Shown one piece after another: positions 17,829 through 25,192 of a DNA stretch of 32,000 bases. Below the pieces are notes generated by a model. That model ran no database searches and was not told the origin of the DNA. It saw only the letters and a list, made by a program, of their open reading frames with translations. Where the stretch lies: assembly GCF_000020025.1 (NCBI RefSeq), contig NC_010628.1, positions 4,770,001 to 4,802,000 on the forward strand. The letters run 5' to 3'. The DNA comes from Nostoc punctiforme PCC 73102 (GTDB lineage Bacteria; Cyanobacteriota; Cyanobacteriia; Cyanobacteriales; Nostocaceae). The translations under genes were made by a program, and so were the position numbers. Position 1 is the first letter of the stretch. Every line of letters starts with the position of its first letter.

Positions 17829-18506
17829 TTATTCGAGTTGTTTAAGACGGTAGCCAATACCATGAACCGTTTCAATAAAATCTTCGAAAGCTCCGGCGGC
17901 TTTGAGCTTTTGACGTAAGCTTCTGAGATGAACTTTCACAGCATGTTCTTCTGGAGGTGACTCTAGCGACCAAATATGTTCAATAATCACGCTGCGGCTA
18001 AGGACACGACGACCATTTCGTAGCAATAACTCTAATATGCCGTACTCTTTTGGGGTTAAATGTAGCATATTTTTCCCATAACTCACTTCATAAGTGCTGG
18101 GATTGAGGTGCAGATTGCCCCATTCCAAAATCGGTGGCGATGAAACGTTACCCCGACGAAGCAAGGCGCGGATTCGGGCAAATAGTTCTTGCAAATCCAC
18201 TGGTTTAACGACATAATCATCAGCTCCCGCATCGAGTCCAGTGATTTTATCGCTAACGGTATCACGCGCTGTAAGCATGAGAACAGGCATACTGTAGCTG
18301 TGCGATCGCAATCGATGACATAAACTAATTCCATCGAGTTCTGGCAACATCACATCCAGCAGCAGCAAATCATAGTCCAGCATTTTAGCTTGATTCCATC
18401 CTGCTTCACCATCTGTCACCACATCAACCATATAACGCTGGTCTGTAAGGGCTTCTGCTAAAGTTTCGGCAAGGCGTACATCATCTTCAACTAAGAGAAT
18501 TCGCAT
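17829..18506 (-). CDS. ccaR: OmpR-class response regulator, CcaR-type (chromatic acclimation regulator)
   Basis: 225 aa. It consists of a receiver (MRILLVEDD ... LLLLDVMLPELDG) plus a winged-helix domain (VHGIGYRL). Along its whole length it resembles what I remember of Synechocystis CcaR (MRILLVEDDLPLAETLAEAL ... GLDAGADDYVVKPVDL.ELFAR.RALLRRG ... LLLRNGRRVLSRS). It is divergent from a G-box promoter driving linker genes. Confidence 0.7.
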   Translation of the reverse strand: MRILLVEDDVRLAETLAEALTDQRYMVDVVTDGEAGWNQAKMLDYDLLLLDVMLPELDGISLCHRLRSHSYSMPVLMLTARDTVSDKITGLDAGADDYVVKPVDLQELFARIRALLRRGNVSSPPILEWGNLHLNPSTYEVSYGKNMLHLTPKEYGILELLLRNGRRVLSRSVIIEHIWSLESPPEEHAVKVHLRSLRQKLKAAGAFEDFIETVHGIGYRLKQLE

Positions 18507-18604
18507 ACATTTTTTTTAACCCATACAACTTATGTTTAAAACTATCTGCGGACTCCCATTAAGAAAATATTGCAAAAAGTAACAATTTCTAGTTTTCGTT
18601 GCTT

Positions 18605-18638
18605 CTTTCCGATTTCTTTACCATTTCCTGAGCGATTT
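18605..18638 (+). promoter_or_regulatory. G-box: tandem direct repeats matching the CcaR-binding consensus CTTTNCNATTT
   Basis: CTTTCCGATTT (18605-18615) and CTTTACCATTT (18616-18626) both match exactly. CCTGAGCGATTT (18627-18638) is a degenerate third copy. The period is 11-12 bp, and the site lies ~100-135 nt upstream of the rod-linker ATG. Confidence 0.75.
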
Positions 18639-18739
18639 CCTTACTTTTACTGTGTAATTTTCTATTCTATGTAGGTTTTTAATAACCTCCTTTAGACGTT
18701 CTAAAAGAACTCTATGTTTAGCCAGGGGATTTTTAGAAA

Positions 18740-19603
18740 ATGACTTTTGGGCAAAGTTCACATTTAGGTGTCAGCTTGTTTGAAGACACTCACTCAACTG
18801 GAGGAGTATCTGGTTATTCACCAGAAGAACTTGAGGCTATCATCAGGCTTATATACAGACAGGTTTTAGGAAATGCGTATGTGATGGAAAGCGAACGGCT
18901 CACTGTTCCTGAGTCGCAGTTTAAGCGGGGCGAAATCAGCGTCCGCGAATTTATCCGTCTGGTAGCAAAGTCAGAGTTATATAGTTCCCGCTTTTTTAGC
19001 AGTTGCCCTCGTTATCGAGCAATTGAGTTGAACTTTAGGCATTTGCTCGGTCGCGCTCCTATTGACTTCGAAGAAATGCGATCGCACAGTACTATCCTGG
19101 ATGAAAAAGGTTTTGAAGCTGAAATTGATTCCTATCTTGACAGCGACGAGTATCAAGATACCTTTGGAGAAAACATTGTGCCTTATATTCGAGGCTACAA
19201 AACTGAAGCCTTTCAGAATATCGTGCAGTTTACCCATATATTCCAATTAGTTCGAGGTGCTTCTAGTAGTAGTCTCAAAGGTAATTTGGCAGGTAAACAA
19301 CCTCGCTTGAATAGTTTGGTAATTCAAAGCACCCCTACTGCTGTAGTTTCACCCGCTAGCGATGGGGCCACATTCCGCAATCCACAACTTGGCTCCAGAA
19401 CTCGTCATGGTGTAGCAGCCAGTGATGAAGGTAAAGTGTATCGATTGCAAGTGACTGGTTATCGAGCAAATACAGTAAACCAGATTTCTCCATTTCGCCG
19501 CAGCAATCAAGTCTATCTCGTGCCCTTTAATAAACTATCGCAAGAGTATCAGCGCATTCACCAGCAAGGTGGTGTGATTGCGAGTATCACCCTTGTTAAC
19601 TAG
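18740..19603 (+). CDS. cpeC: Phycobilisome rod linker polypeptide (PBS-linker domain plus C-terminal CpcD-like domain); CpeC-like by context
   Basis: 287 aa. Linker domain: IYRQVLGNAYVMESERL ... ISVREFIRLVAKSELY ... NFRHLLGRAP. CpcD-like tail: KVYRLQVTG ... RRSNQVYLVPFNKLSQEYQRIHQQGGVIASI. Rod linker is a secure call. The PE versus PC/PEC assignment rests on neighbours (cpeR-like, cpeY) and the known N. punctiforme ccaSR-cpeC-cpcG2-cpeR1 cluster. Confidence 0.65.
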   Translation: MTFGQSSHLGVSLFEDTHSTGGVSGYSPEELEAIIRLIYRQVLGNAYVMESERLTVPESQFKRGEISVREFIRLVAKSELYSSRFFSSCPRYRAIELNFRHLLGRAPIDFEEMRSHSTILDEKGFEAEIDSYLDSDEYQDTFGENIVPYIRGYKTEAFQNIVQFTHIFQLVRGASSSSLKGNLAGKQPRLNSLVIQSTPTAVVSPASDGATFRNPQLGSRTRHGVAASDEGKVYRLQVTGYRANTVNQISPFRRSNQVYLVPFNKLSQEYQRIHQQGGVIASITLVN

Positions 19604-19635
19604 TCAAATCAAAACACTGAGGAATAGAAAATAAC

Positions 19636-19666
19636 AATCCCCAATCCCCAATCCCCAATCCCCAAT
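19636..19666. repeat. STRR-like heptamer tandem repeat (AATCCCC)x4
   Basis: Four perfect copies plus a partial one, ending 5 nt before the cpcL ATG. Confidence 0.9.
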
Positions 19667-19671
19667 TTAAT

Positions 19672-20409
19672 ATGCCTATTCCTTTGTTAAATTACTCCCC
19701 TTCATCTCGAAATCATCGTGTATCTGGATACGAGATTCTTGGCGACGAGCAACCGAGAATTTATACAGCCGAACATCTGCCATCGTCAGTAGAAATGGAT
19801 GCCTTGATTATGGCAGCCTATCGCCAAATTTTTCACGAACAACAGATGCTAGATAGTAACCGCCAACCTTTTTTAGAATCTCAACTGAGAAACGGCCAAA
19901 TTACAGTCAGAGATTTTATTCGAGGGTTAGCAATATCTGATGTATTTCGGCGGCTGAATTACGAAAGCAACAACAATTATCGTTTTGTGCAGATATGCGT
20001 ACAACGCTTTTTGGGTCGTGAGGTTTACAATGAACGCGAAAAACTAGCCTGGTCGATTGTGCTAGCTACCGAAGGATTACAAGGTTTTATCGATGCTTTA
20101 GTGGATAGTGGAGAATACATTAGTAATTTTGGTTACAATACAGTCCCCTATCAACGGCGACGGATTTTACAAGGACGCTCTCAAGGTGAATTACCTTTTG
20201 CGAGGATGGCTCGTTATGGCAAAGATTATCGTGACAAATTGCCGGTTCCCATAACCAGAAAGCAGGTTGAGCCTTTTAATTTAAAAACCTTCCTCCGCAG
20301 TTCTGATAGGGATGTAGTGTTATGGCTATTAGCTTCACTGCTAGGGCTGATTGTCTTGTTTACTTGGCTAACTGCATTTGGTTATTTGCCAAAGTTCGGC
20401 GGATACTAG
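19672..20409 (+). CDS. cpcL: CpcL (CpcG2-type) rod-membrane linker with a C-terminal hydrophobic anchor
   Basis: 245 aa. CpcG-type N-terminus [46 protein letters not shown]-terminal TM segment [25 protein letters not shown] (nt 20314-20388), which distinguishes CpcL from core-binding CpcG1. Confidence 0.8.
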   Translation: MPIPLLNYSPSSRNHRVSGYEILGDEQPRIYTAEHLPSSVEMDALIMAAYRQIFHEQQMLDSNRQPFLESQLRNGQITVRDFIRGLAISDVFRRLNYESNNNYRFVQICVQRFLGREVYNEREKLAWSIVLATEGLQGFIDALVDSGEYISNFGYNTVPYQRRRILQGRSQGELPFARMARYGKDYRDKLPVPITRKQVEPFNLKTFLRSSDRDVVLWLLASLLGLIVLFTWLTAFGYLPKFGGY

Positions 20410-20481
20410 TAACGCTTTGCGTAATTCGCAATTACTGTTACGTAGGGTTTTAGACGTTTCATATTTATGTTGTGCTGTACT

Positions 20482-20515
20482 AGTTAAGTGGAGTGCGATC
20501 GCACTCCACTTAACT
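20482..20515. terminator. Perfect 34-nt palindrome centred on a HIP1 site, downstream of cpcL
   Basis: AGTTAAGTGGAGTGCGATCGCACTCCACTTAACT. It can form a hairpin of up to 17 bp, or about 15 bp if a 4-nt loop is left unpaired. It starts 73 nt after the cpcL stop, and no U-tract follows. Confidence 0.5.
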
Positions 20516-20716
20516 GAAAAAGGCTGAATATAGGAACTCATATTTGATTTCTGAAAACGTTCAGAACAACTCAAAAAGGCTTCTTGAGTATAGCAAGATT
20601 GTTTATTGCCTTTTGCTTCCTACGCCGATTACAGAAAATGCTTTAGGCAAGCAATTTATATTATCCAAAAATCGATGTAGCCAATACATTCATATTAAAT
20701 TATTTGAAGCAAAATA

Positions 20717-21022
20717 ATGTTGCCACCACAAGCACATAAAAAGATCCAATGTTGGATAAGAAGCCGTCATTTAATATGTTCCGGTCACTTTTTTATATTT
20801 GAAACTATAGACTATTCTTGCGTTGATAGATTTACTGAGTGTATAGCCGCTTTAGGAGGAACATTAATTTCTGTTGAGCCGGTTGACAAAATTTGGATGG
20901 GCGACCATCGACAGGTTCTTCTTTATCGTGTCAAAGCCAGTTTGTTTACGCCTTGTCATCAGTTAAGGCAATACTGGTTTAAGTATGGTGGTTTGTACAC
21001 TAGATTTGATAAAAATTGTTAA
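20717..21022 (+). CDS. cpeR: CpeR-like small activator of phycoerythrin genes (assignment tentative)
   Basis: 101 aa. Q/KCWIRSRHLICSGHFFIFET.DY ... LGGTLISVEPV resembles what I remember of the CpeR pattern (WIRS.HL.C.G..FIFET ... GG ... EPV). It sits in the position that cpeR1 occupies after cpcG2 in the published N. punctiforme cluster. Confidence 0.5.
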   Translation: MLPPQAHKKIQCWIRSRHLICSGHFFIFETIDYSCVDRFTECIAALGGTLISVEPVDKIWMGDHRQVLLYRVKASLFTPCHQLRQYWFKYGGLYTRFDKNC

Positions 21023-21071
21023 TTTATTTTGATTTATAGCGACTTATATAATTGCGTTAATATGTATGTTA

Positions 21072-21218
21072 TTAGGTAATAAAAAACTGTCTAGAGTGGC
21101 GGGTTTTCGGCATTGGTTTTTGGATAATCTCACCATCAATATAAATACTTGCAGGCTTTGTTTCTGGCAACTTGAGAAACTCTTCCAGCGTTAAGGATGC
21201 AAGTTTTGCAGCACTCAT
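21072..21218 (-). pseudogene. Remnant of a Uma2-family (DUF820) endonuclease gene, N-terminal ~40 codons only
   Basis: The minus-strand reading MSAAKLASLTLEEFLKLPETKPASIYIDGEIIQKPMPKTRHS then diverges and stops (48 aa). The stretch LTLEEFL.LPETKPA.EYI.G.I..KPMP matches the conserved N-terminus of ~190-250-aa Uma2 proteins that are abundant in cyanobacteria. It is below the ORF-track size cut-off. Confidence 0.6.
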
Positions 21219-21324
21219 GACTTCTGCCACTCCGAAAGTCCTACATCCAGTTTATCAACGTTCGGAACTAATGGATGAGCAGAAAACAGTAAACTAAATC
21301 AGATGCCTCTAATCTTTCTTATCC

Positions 21325-23577
21325 ATGCCCGATTTCAGTATTATCAATCTCGCTCCAATCGGTGTTGGCTTTAGCATTATTGCATTATGGATAATTTATT
21401 ATTTTCTCAACCTAGAAGTAACTAGAAGGCAACGAGCAGAAGCGATCCTGCGGCAACAAACTGAGCGGGAACGGTTGGTAAACCAAATTGCTCAACATAT
21501 TCGTGAATCTTTGGAGTTAGACGAGGTTCTGACTACTACCGTTGCAGAAGTGCGCGAGTTTCTGCAAGCAGATCGGGTGTTAATTTATCGCCTTTGGGAA
21601 GATGGGACAGGTAGCGCAATTACTGAAACAGTTTTACCTGAATATACAAAAATTTTAGGAGAAACCTTTCCAGAAGAAGTGTTTCCGAGAGAATATCACC
21701 AAGCTTATTCATTGGGGAAAACCCGTGCGATCGCTAATGTTGAACAAGCTGATGTCGAATCATGTTTGGCAGACTTTGTGAAACAGTTTGGTGTTAAAGC
21801 CAAGTTGGTAGTGCCAATTCTCCAAGAGAATCGGGAAGCAGATAAACAACGAGACAGCAAAACTCCTGCTTCTCCCCCTTATCTTTGGGGATTATTGATT
21901 GCTCATCAGTGCGATCGCACCCGTGTATGGGAATCTTGGGAAATTGAATTGATGAAGCAACTTGCAACCCAGGTGGCGATCGCTATTCAACAATCAGAAC
22001 TTTACAAGCAGCTACAAACACTCAACGCTGAATTAGAACACCGCGTCCAACAACGAACTCAAGAGTTAGCTAAAGCTAATGTCTCTCTAAGAGCAGAAAT
22101 AGCTGAACGTCAACGCACGCAAGCAGCGTTGCAAGCTCTAATTACTGCCTCTCCTCGCGCTATTTTCACACTTGATTTAGAAGGAAATGTGAAAATCTGG
22201 AATCCGGCTGCTGAACGCATGTTTGGCTGGACAGAGGCGGAGGTAATCGATCATCCTAACCCAATTTTTTTAGATGACCAATTAGAGGAATACAACACTC
22301 TTCAAGAAAGTATATTACAAGGAACAACTTATACCAGAGTTGAATTGCGCCGTTTTAAAAAAGATGGCACTGCGATCGATATAGTTTTCTCTGCCGCTCC
22401 CTTGCATGATAGTGATGATAGTATCAACGGTATGGTGGCAGTAATTGCTGATATCACACACCAAAAGCAGCAGGAAGAACAGGTAAGGTTGCTGCAATCT
22501 GTGGTTGTAAATACAAACGATGCTGTAGTTATCACTGAAGCACAACCGATTGGCGAACCTGGGCCAAATATTATCTATGTTAATGAAGCATTCACCCGAA
22601 TCACAGGTTACAGCCTGGAAGAAGTCTTAGGTAAAACGCCCCGTATCCTTCAAGGAGCGAAAACAAGTCGGGCGGAACTGGATAAAGTTTGGACTGCTCT
22701 TTCTTGTTGGGAAACAGTTACCGTTCAGGTAATTAACTACCGCAAAGACGGCTCGGAATTCTGGAATGAATTCAGCATTGTCCCCGTAGCCGATCAAACT
22801 GGCTGGTATACCCACTGGATATCAGTACAACGTGACATTACAGGGCGCAAGCGGTTAGATGAAATTCGGATGGCACTAGAGCGAGAGAGAGAACTTAGTG
22901 TGCTGAAAACACGTTTTTTCTCAATGGCATCTCACGAGTTTCGCACACCTCTAAGTACTGCCTTAGTAGCGGCGCAATTGCTAGAAAACTGTCAGGATGA
23001 ATGGGATAACTCTTCTAAGCGACTGAGAAACTTGCAGAGAATTCAACTCTCTGTCAAAAATATGGTTCAAATATTAGATGATATTTTAACCATCAACCGA
23101 GCCGAAACTGGAAAACTAGAATTTAATCCTAAACTCCTAGATTTAGAAGAATTTTGCAGTGATTTTGTCGAAGAAATGCGCCTAAGTACTGATGAGAGGC
23201 ACACACTTAGTTTTGTTTGCCAAGGAAAAGCTGTTCCTGCCTCAGTAGATGAAAGGTTGTTGCGTTCCATTCTGTCTAATTTACTGCTGAATGCGATTAA
23301 ATATTCTCCTGAAGGGGGGAATGTTCATCTTAGTCTGGAGTTTAAATCAGATACGGTGATTCTCCAGGTGAAAGATCGGGGTATTGGGATTCCGTTAGCG
23401 GATCAAAAGCAGCTGTTTGAGCCGTTTCATCGTGGCAAAAATGTCAAAAGCATTCCTGGTACTGGATTAGGATTGGTAGTGGTGAAAAAGTGTGTGGACT
23501 TACACCAGGGTCATATTAACATCACCAGTGAAATAGGAATTGGTACAACTTGTGCGATCGCTCTGCCATTACTATAA
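21325..23577 (+). CDS. ccaS: Sensor histidine kinase with CcaS architecture: TM helix - GAF - PAS - LOV-like PAS - HisKA - HATPase
   Basis: 750 aa. TM: IGVGFSIIALWIIYYFL. GAF: LQADRVLIYRL ... VESCLADFVKQFGVKAKLVVPIL ... LWGLLIAHQC. PAS: VKIWNPAAERMFGW. LOV-like: IIYVNEAFTRITGY ... GKTPRILQG ... INYRKDGSEFWNEF. H-box: SHEFRTPL (His537, 22933-22935). GTGLGL. The domain order, the length and the linkage to ccaR/cpcL match CcaS. The photosensory class is not verified. Confidence 0.6.
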   Translation: MPDFSIINLAPIGVGFSIIALWIIYYFLNLEVTRRQRAEAILRQQTERERLVNQIAQHIRESLELDEVLTTTVAEVREFLQADRVLIYRLWEDGTGSAITETVLPEYTKILGETFPEEVFPREYHQAYSLGKTRAIANVEQADVESCLADFVKQFGVKAKLVVPILQENREADKQRDSKTPASPPYLWGLLIAHQCDRTRVWESWEIELMKQLATQVAIAIQQSELYKQLQTLNAELEHRVQQRTQELAKANVSLRAEIAERQRTQAALQALITASPRAIFTLDLEGNVKIWNPAAERMFGWTEAEVIDHPNPIFLDDQLEEYNTLQESILQGTTYTRVELRRFKKDGTAIDIVFSAAPLHDSDDSINGMVAVIADITHQKQQEEQVRLLQSVVVNTNDAVVITEAQPIGEPGPNIIYVNEAFTRITGYSLEEVLGKTPRILQGAKTSRAELDKVWTALSCWETVTVQVINYRKDGSEFWNEFSIVPVADQTGWYTHWISVQRDITGRKRLDEIRMALERERELSVLKTRFFSMASHEFRTPLSTALVAAQLLENCQDEWDNSSKRLRNLQRIQLSVKNMVQILDDILTINRAETGKLEFNPKLLDLEEFCSDFVEEMRLSTDERHTLSFVCQGKAVPASVDERLLRSILSNLLLNAIKYSPEGGNVHLSLEFKSDTVILQVKDRGIGIPLADQKQLFEPFHRGKNVKSIPGTGLGLVVVKKCVDLHQGHINITSEIGIGTTCAIALPLL

Positions 23578-23753
23578 AGTAGGACTTACGCAATAACTCT
23601 CTAAAACTCTTATTCTTTGTGCCCTTCTCTACGTTCACGCAGCCTGTTGCAGACAGACTTACACGAATGCGTTAGCTTGTCCAAGCTGCTCTATGTTTAC
23701 GTTTTTTCATTATTTTGCTTGCTAAAAGCGTAGTGTTTTTAATGCAAGGCAAC

Positions 23754-23893
23754 ACATTAGCATTGTCAGCCGATGCATTGACATTGTTAACCGATGCATT
23801 GGCATTGTTAACCGACGCATTAGCATTGTCAGCCGACGCATTGGCATTGTCAGCCGATGCATTAGCATTGTTAACCGACGCATTAACATTACA
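23754..23893. repeat. 21-nt tandem repeat array, 6 full units plus 1 partial
   Basis: Units start at 23754, 23775, 23796, 23817, 23838, 23859 and 23880. Consensus GCATTRRCATTGTYARCCGAY. Two unit types alternate irregularly (..GTCAGCC.. and ..GTTAACC..). Confidence 0.95.
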
Positions 23894-23990
23894 GGGTATT
23901 GCTAAATTAAACTCGCTACAAACTAATCAAATTCTGTACTAACTAGCATTGTTCAAGATTCCTCAAACCAGCTTTTGGTAAAGAATTGTA

Positions 23991-24020
23991 ATCCAAAATC
24001 CAAAATCTAAACCCCAAAAT
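23991..24020. repeat. STRR-like heptamer repeat (ATCCAAA-type)x4, imperfect
   Basis: ATCCAAA ATCCAAA ATCTAAA CCCCAAA, ~70 nt upstream of hemC. Confidence 0.8.
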
Positions 24021-24089
24021 TAGTATGAGTCCCTGACTACGGTAGTCTAGATGAGAGTGAATTTATCGCCTTGTTTGATATATTGTTTT

Positions 24090-25061
24090 ATGACTTCAGT
24101 TGTTTCTAGTCCCCCACGCACTATTCGGATCGGTTCACGCAAAAGCCAACTTGCTCTAGTTCAAACCTATTGGGTACAAGAGCAACTCCAAAAAAGCTTT
24201 CCTGATATCACTTTTGAAGTCCATACCATGTCTACCCAAGGCGACAAAATCCTTGATGTAGCATTAGCTAAGATTGGCGATAAAGGACTTTTTACTAAAG
24301 AACTTGAAGTTGGAATGCTCAATCAAGAGATTGACTTTGCGGTTCATTCTCTCAAGGATTTGCCGACTAACTTACCAGAAGGATTGACACTGGCAGCAAT
24401 TACTGAACGGGAAAATCCAGCCGATGCCTTGGTTGTGCATGAAAAGCACAAAGATAAACAAATCGATACTTTACCCGAAGGTGCAGTAATTGGGACATCT
24501 TCGCTGCGGCGGTTAGCACAGTTACGCCACCACTTCCCCCACTTTACTTTTAAAGATGTGCGGGGAAACTTGATTACACGATTGGCAAAACTGGATGCAG
24601 GCGAATACGATGCCTTAATTTTGGCAGCCGCAGGGTTAGAAAGATTGGGAATGAGCGATCGCGTTCATCAAATTATCCCCAAAGAAATCTCCCTCCATGC
24701 CGTTGGACAAGGTGCTTTAGGGATAGAATGCCGTGCTGATGATAGTGAATTGCTAACTCTACTCAAAGCAATCGAACATCCTGCAACACGCGATCGCTGT
24801 CTCGCCGAACGTTCTTTTCTACGCTCTTTAGAGGGCGGATGTCAAGTACCTATTGGTGTAAATACAGAAATCTCTGGTGAGAATTTGACCTTAACAGGCA
24901 TAGTTGCCAGTATAGATGGTCAAAAGTTGGTAAAAGATACCGTCACTGGAATTGCCAATAATGCCGAAGCGCTAGGCACAGAACTAGCAGAATTATTGCG
25001 GCAACAGGGAGCGCAAGAAATTTTATCAGAAATTTTTGCGGTCATTCAACGCGGTTCCTAA
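24090..25061 (+). CDS. hemC: Porphobilinogen deaminase (hydroxymethylbilane synthase)
   Basis: [40 protein letters not shown], and the cofactor-Cys context [10 protein letters not shown]. The ATG at 24090 (MTSVVSS) is preferred over the track start at 24051, which adds a non-conserved hydrophobic leader. Confidence 0.93.
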   Translation: MTSVVSSPPRTIRIGSRKSQLALVQTYWVQEQLQKSFPDITFEVHTMSTQGDKILDVALAKIGDKGLFTKELEVGMLNQEIDFAVHSLKDLPTNLPEGLTLAAITERENPADALVVHEKHKDKQIDTLPEGAVIGTSSLRRLAQLRHHFPHFTFKDVRGNLITRLAKLDAGEYDALILAAAGLERLGMSDRVHQIIPKEISLHAVGQGALGIECRADDSELLTLLKAIEHPATRDRCLAERSFLRSLEGGCQVPIGVNTEISGENLTLTGIVASIDGQKLVKDTVTGIANNAEALGTELAELLRQQGAQEILSEIFAVIQRGS

Positions 25062-25192
25062 GCAATTGGGTAAGCCGATGTGATTAGATAAGAATTGATC
25101 GTCGTTTTACCAAAGACGCGACAAATCGCGTTGGTCGCGATCGTAGAGTTAATTGACAATTTATAGACAGAATCGGGGAAGCAAAAATTACC

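Noticed and set aside
18083-18334. 83-aa minus-strand ORF inside ccaR
   Set aside because: It is an alternative frame of a clearly recognisable response-regulator gene.
20368-20574. 68-aa minus-strand ORF spanning the HIP1 palindrome
   Set aside because: It overlaps the cpcL 3' end and the palindrome, and it has no start context. Its openness is explained by the symmetric sequence.
23715-23942. Calling the 75-aa repeat ORF a protein-coding gene, or the array a CRISPR
   Set aside because: The start is a TTG or an unsupported ATG without a Shine-Dalgarno sequence. Several frames on both strands are open simply because of the repeat. The units are contiguous with no spacers, so it is not a CRISPR. 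It is kept as a repeat feature and a finding instead.
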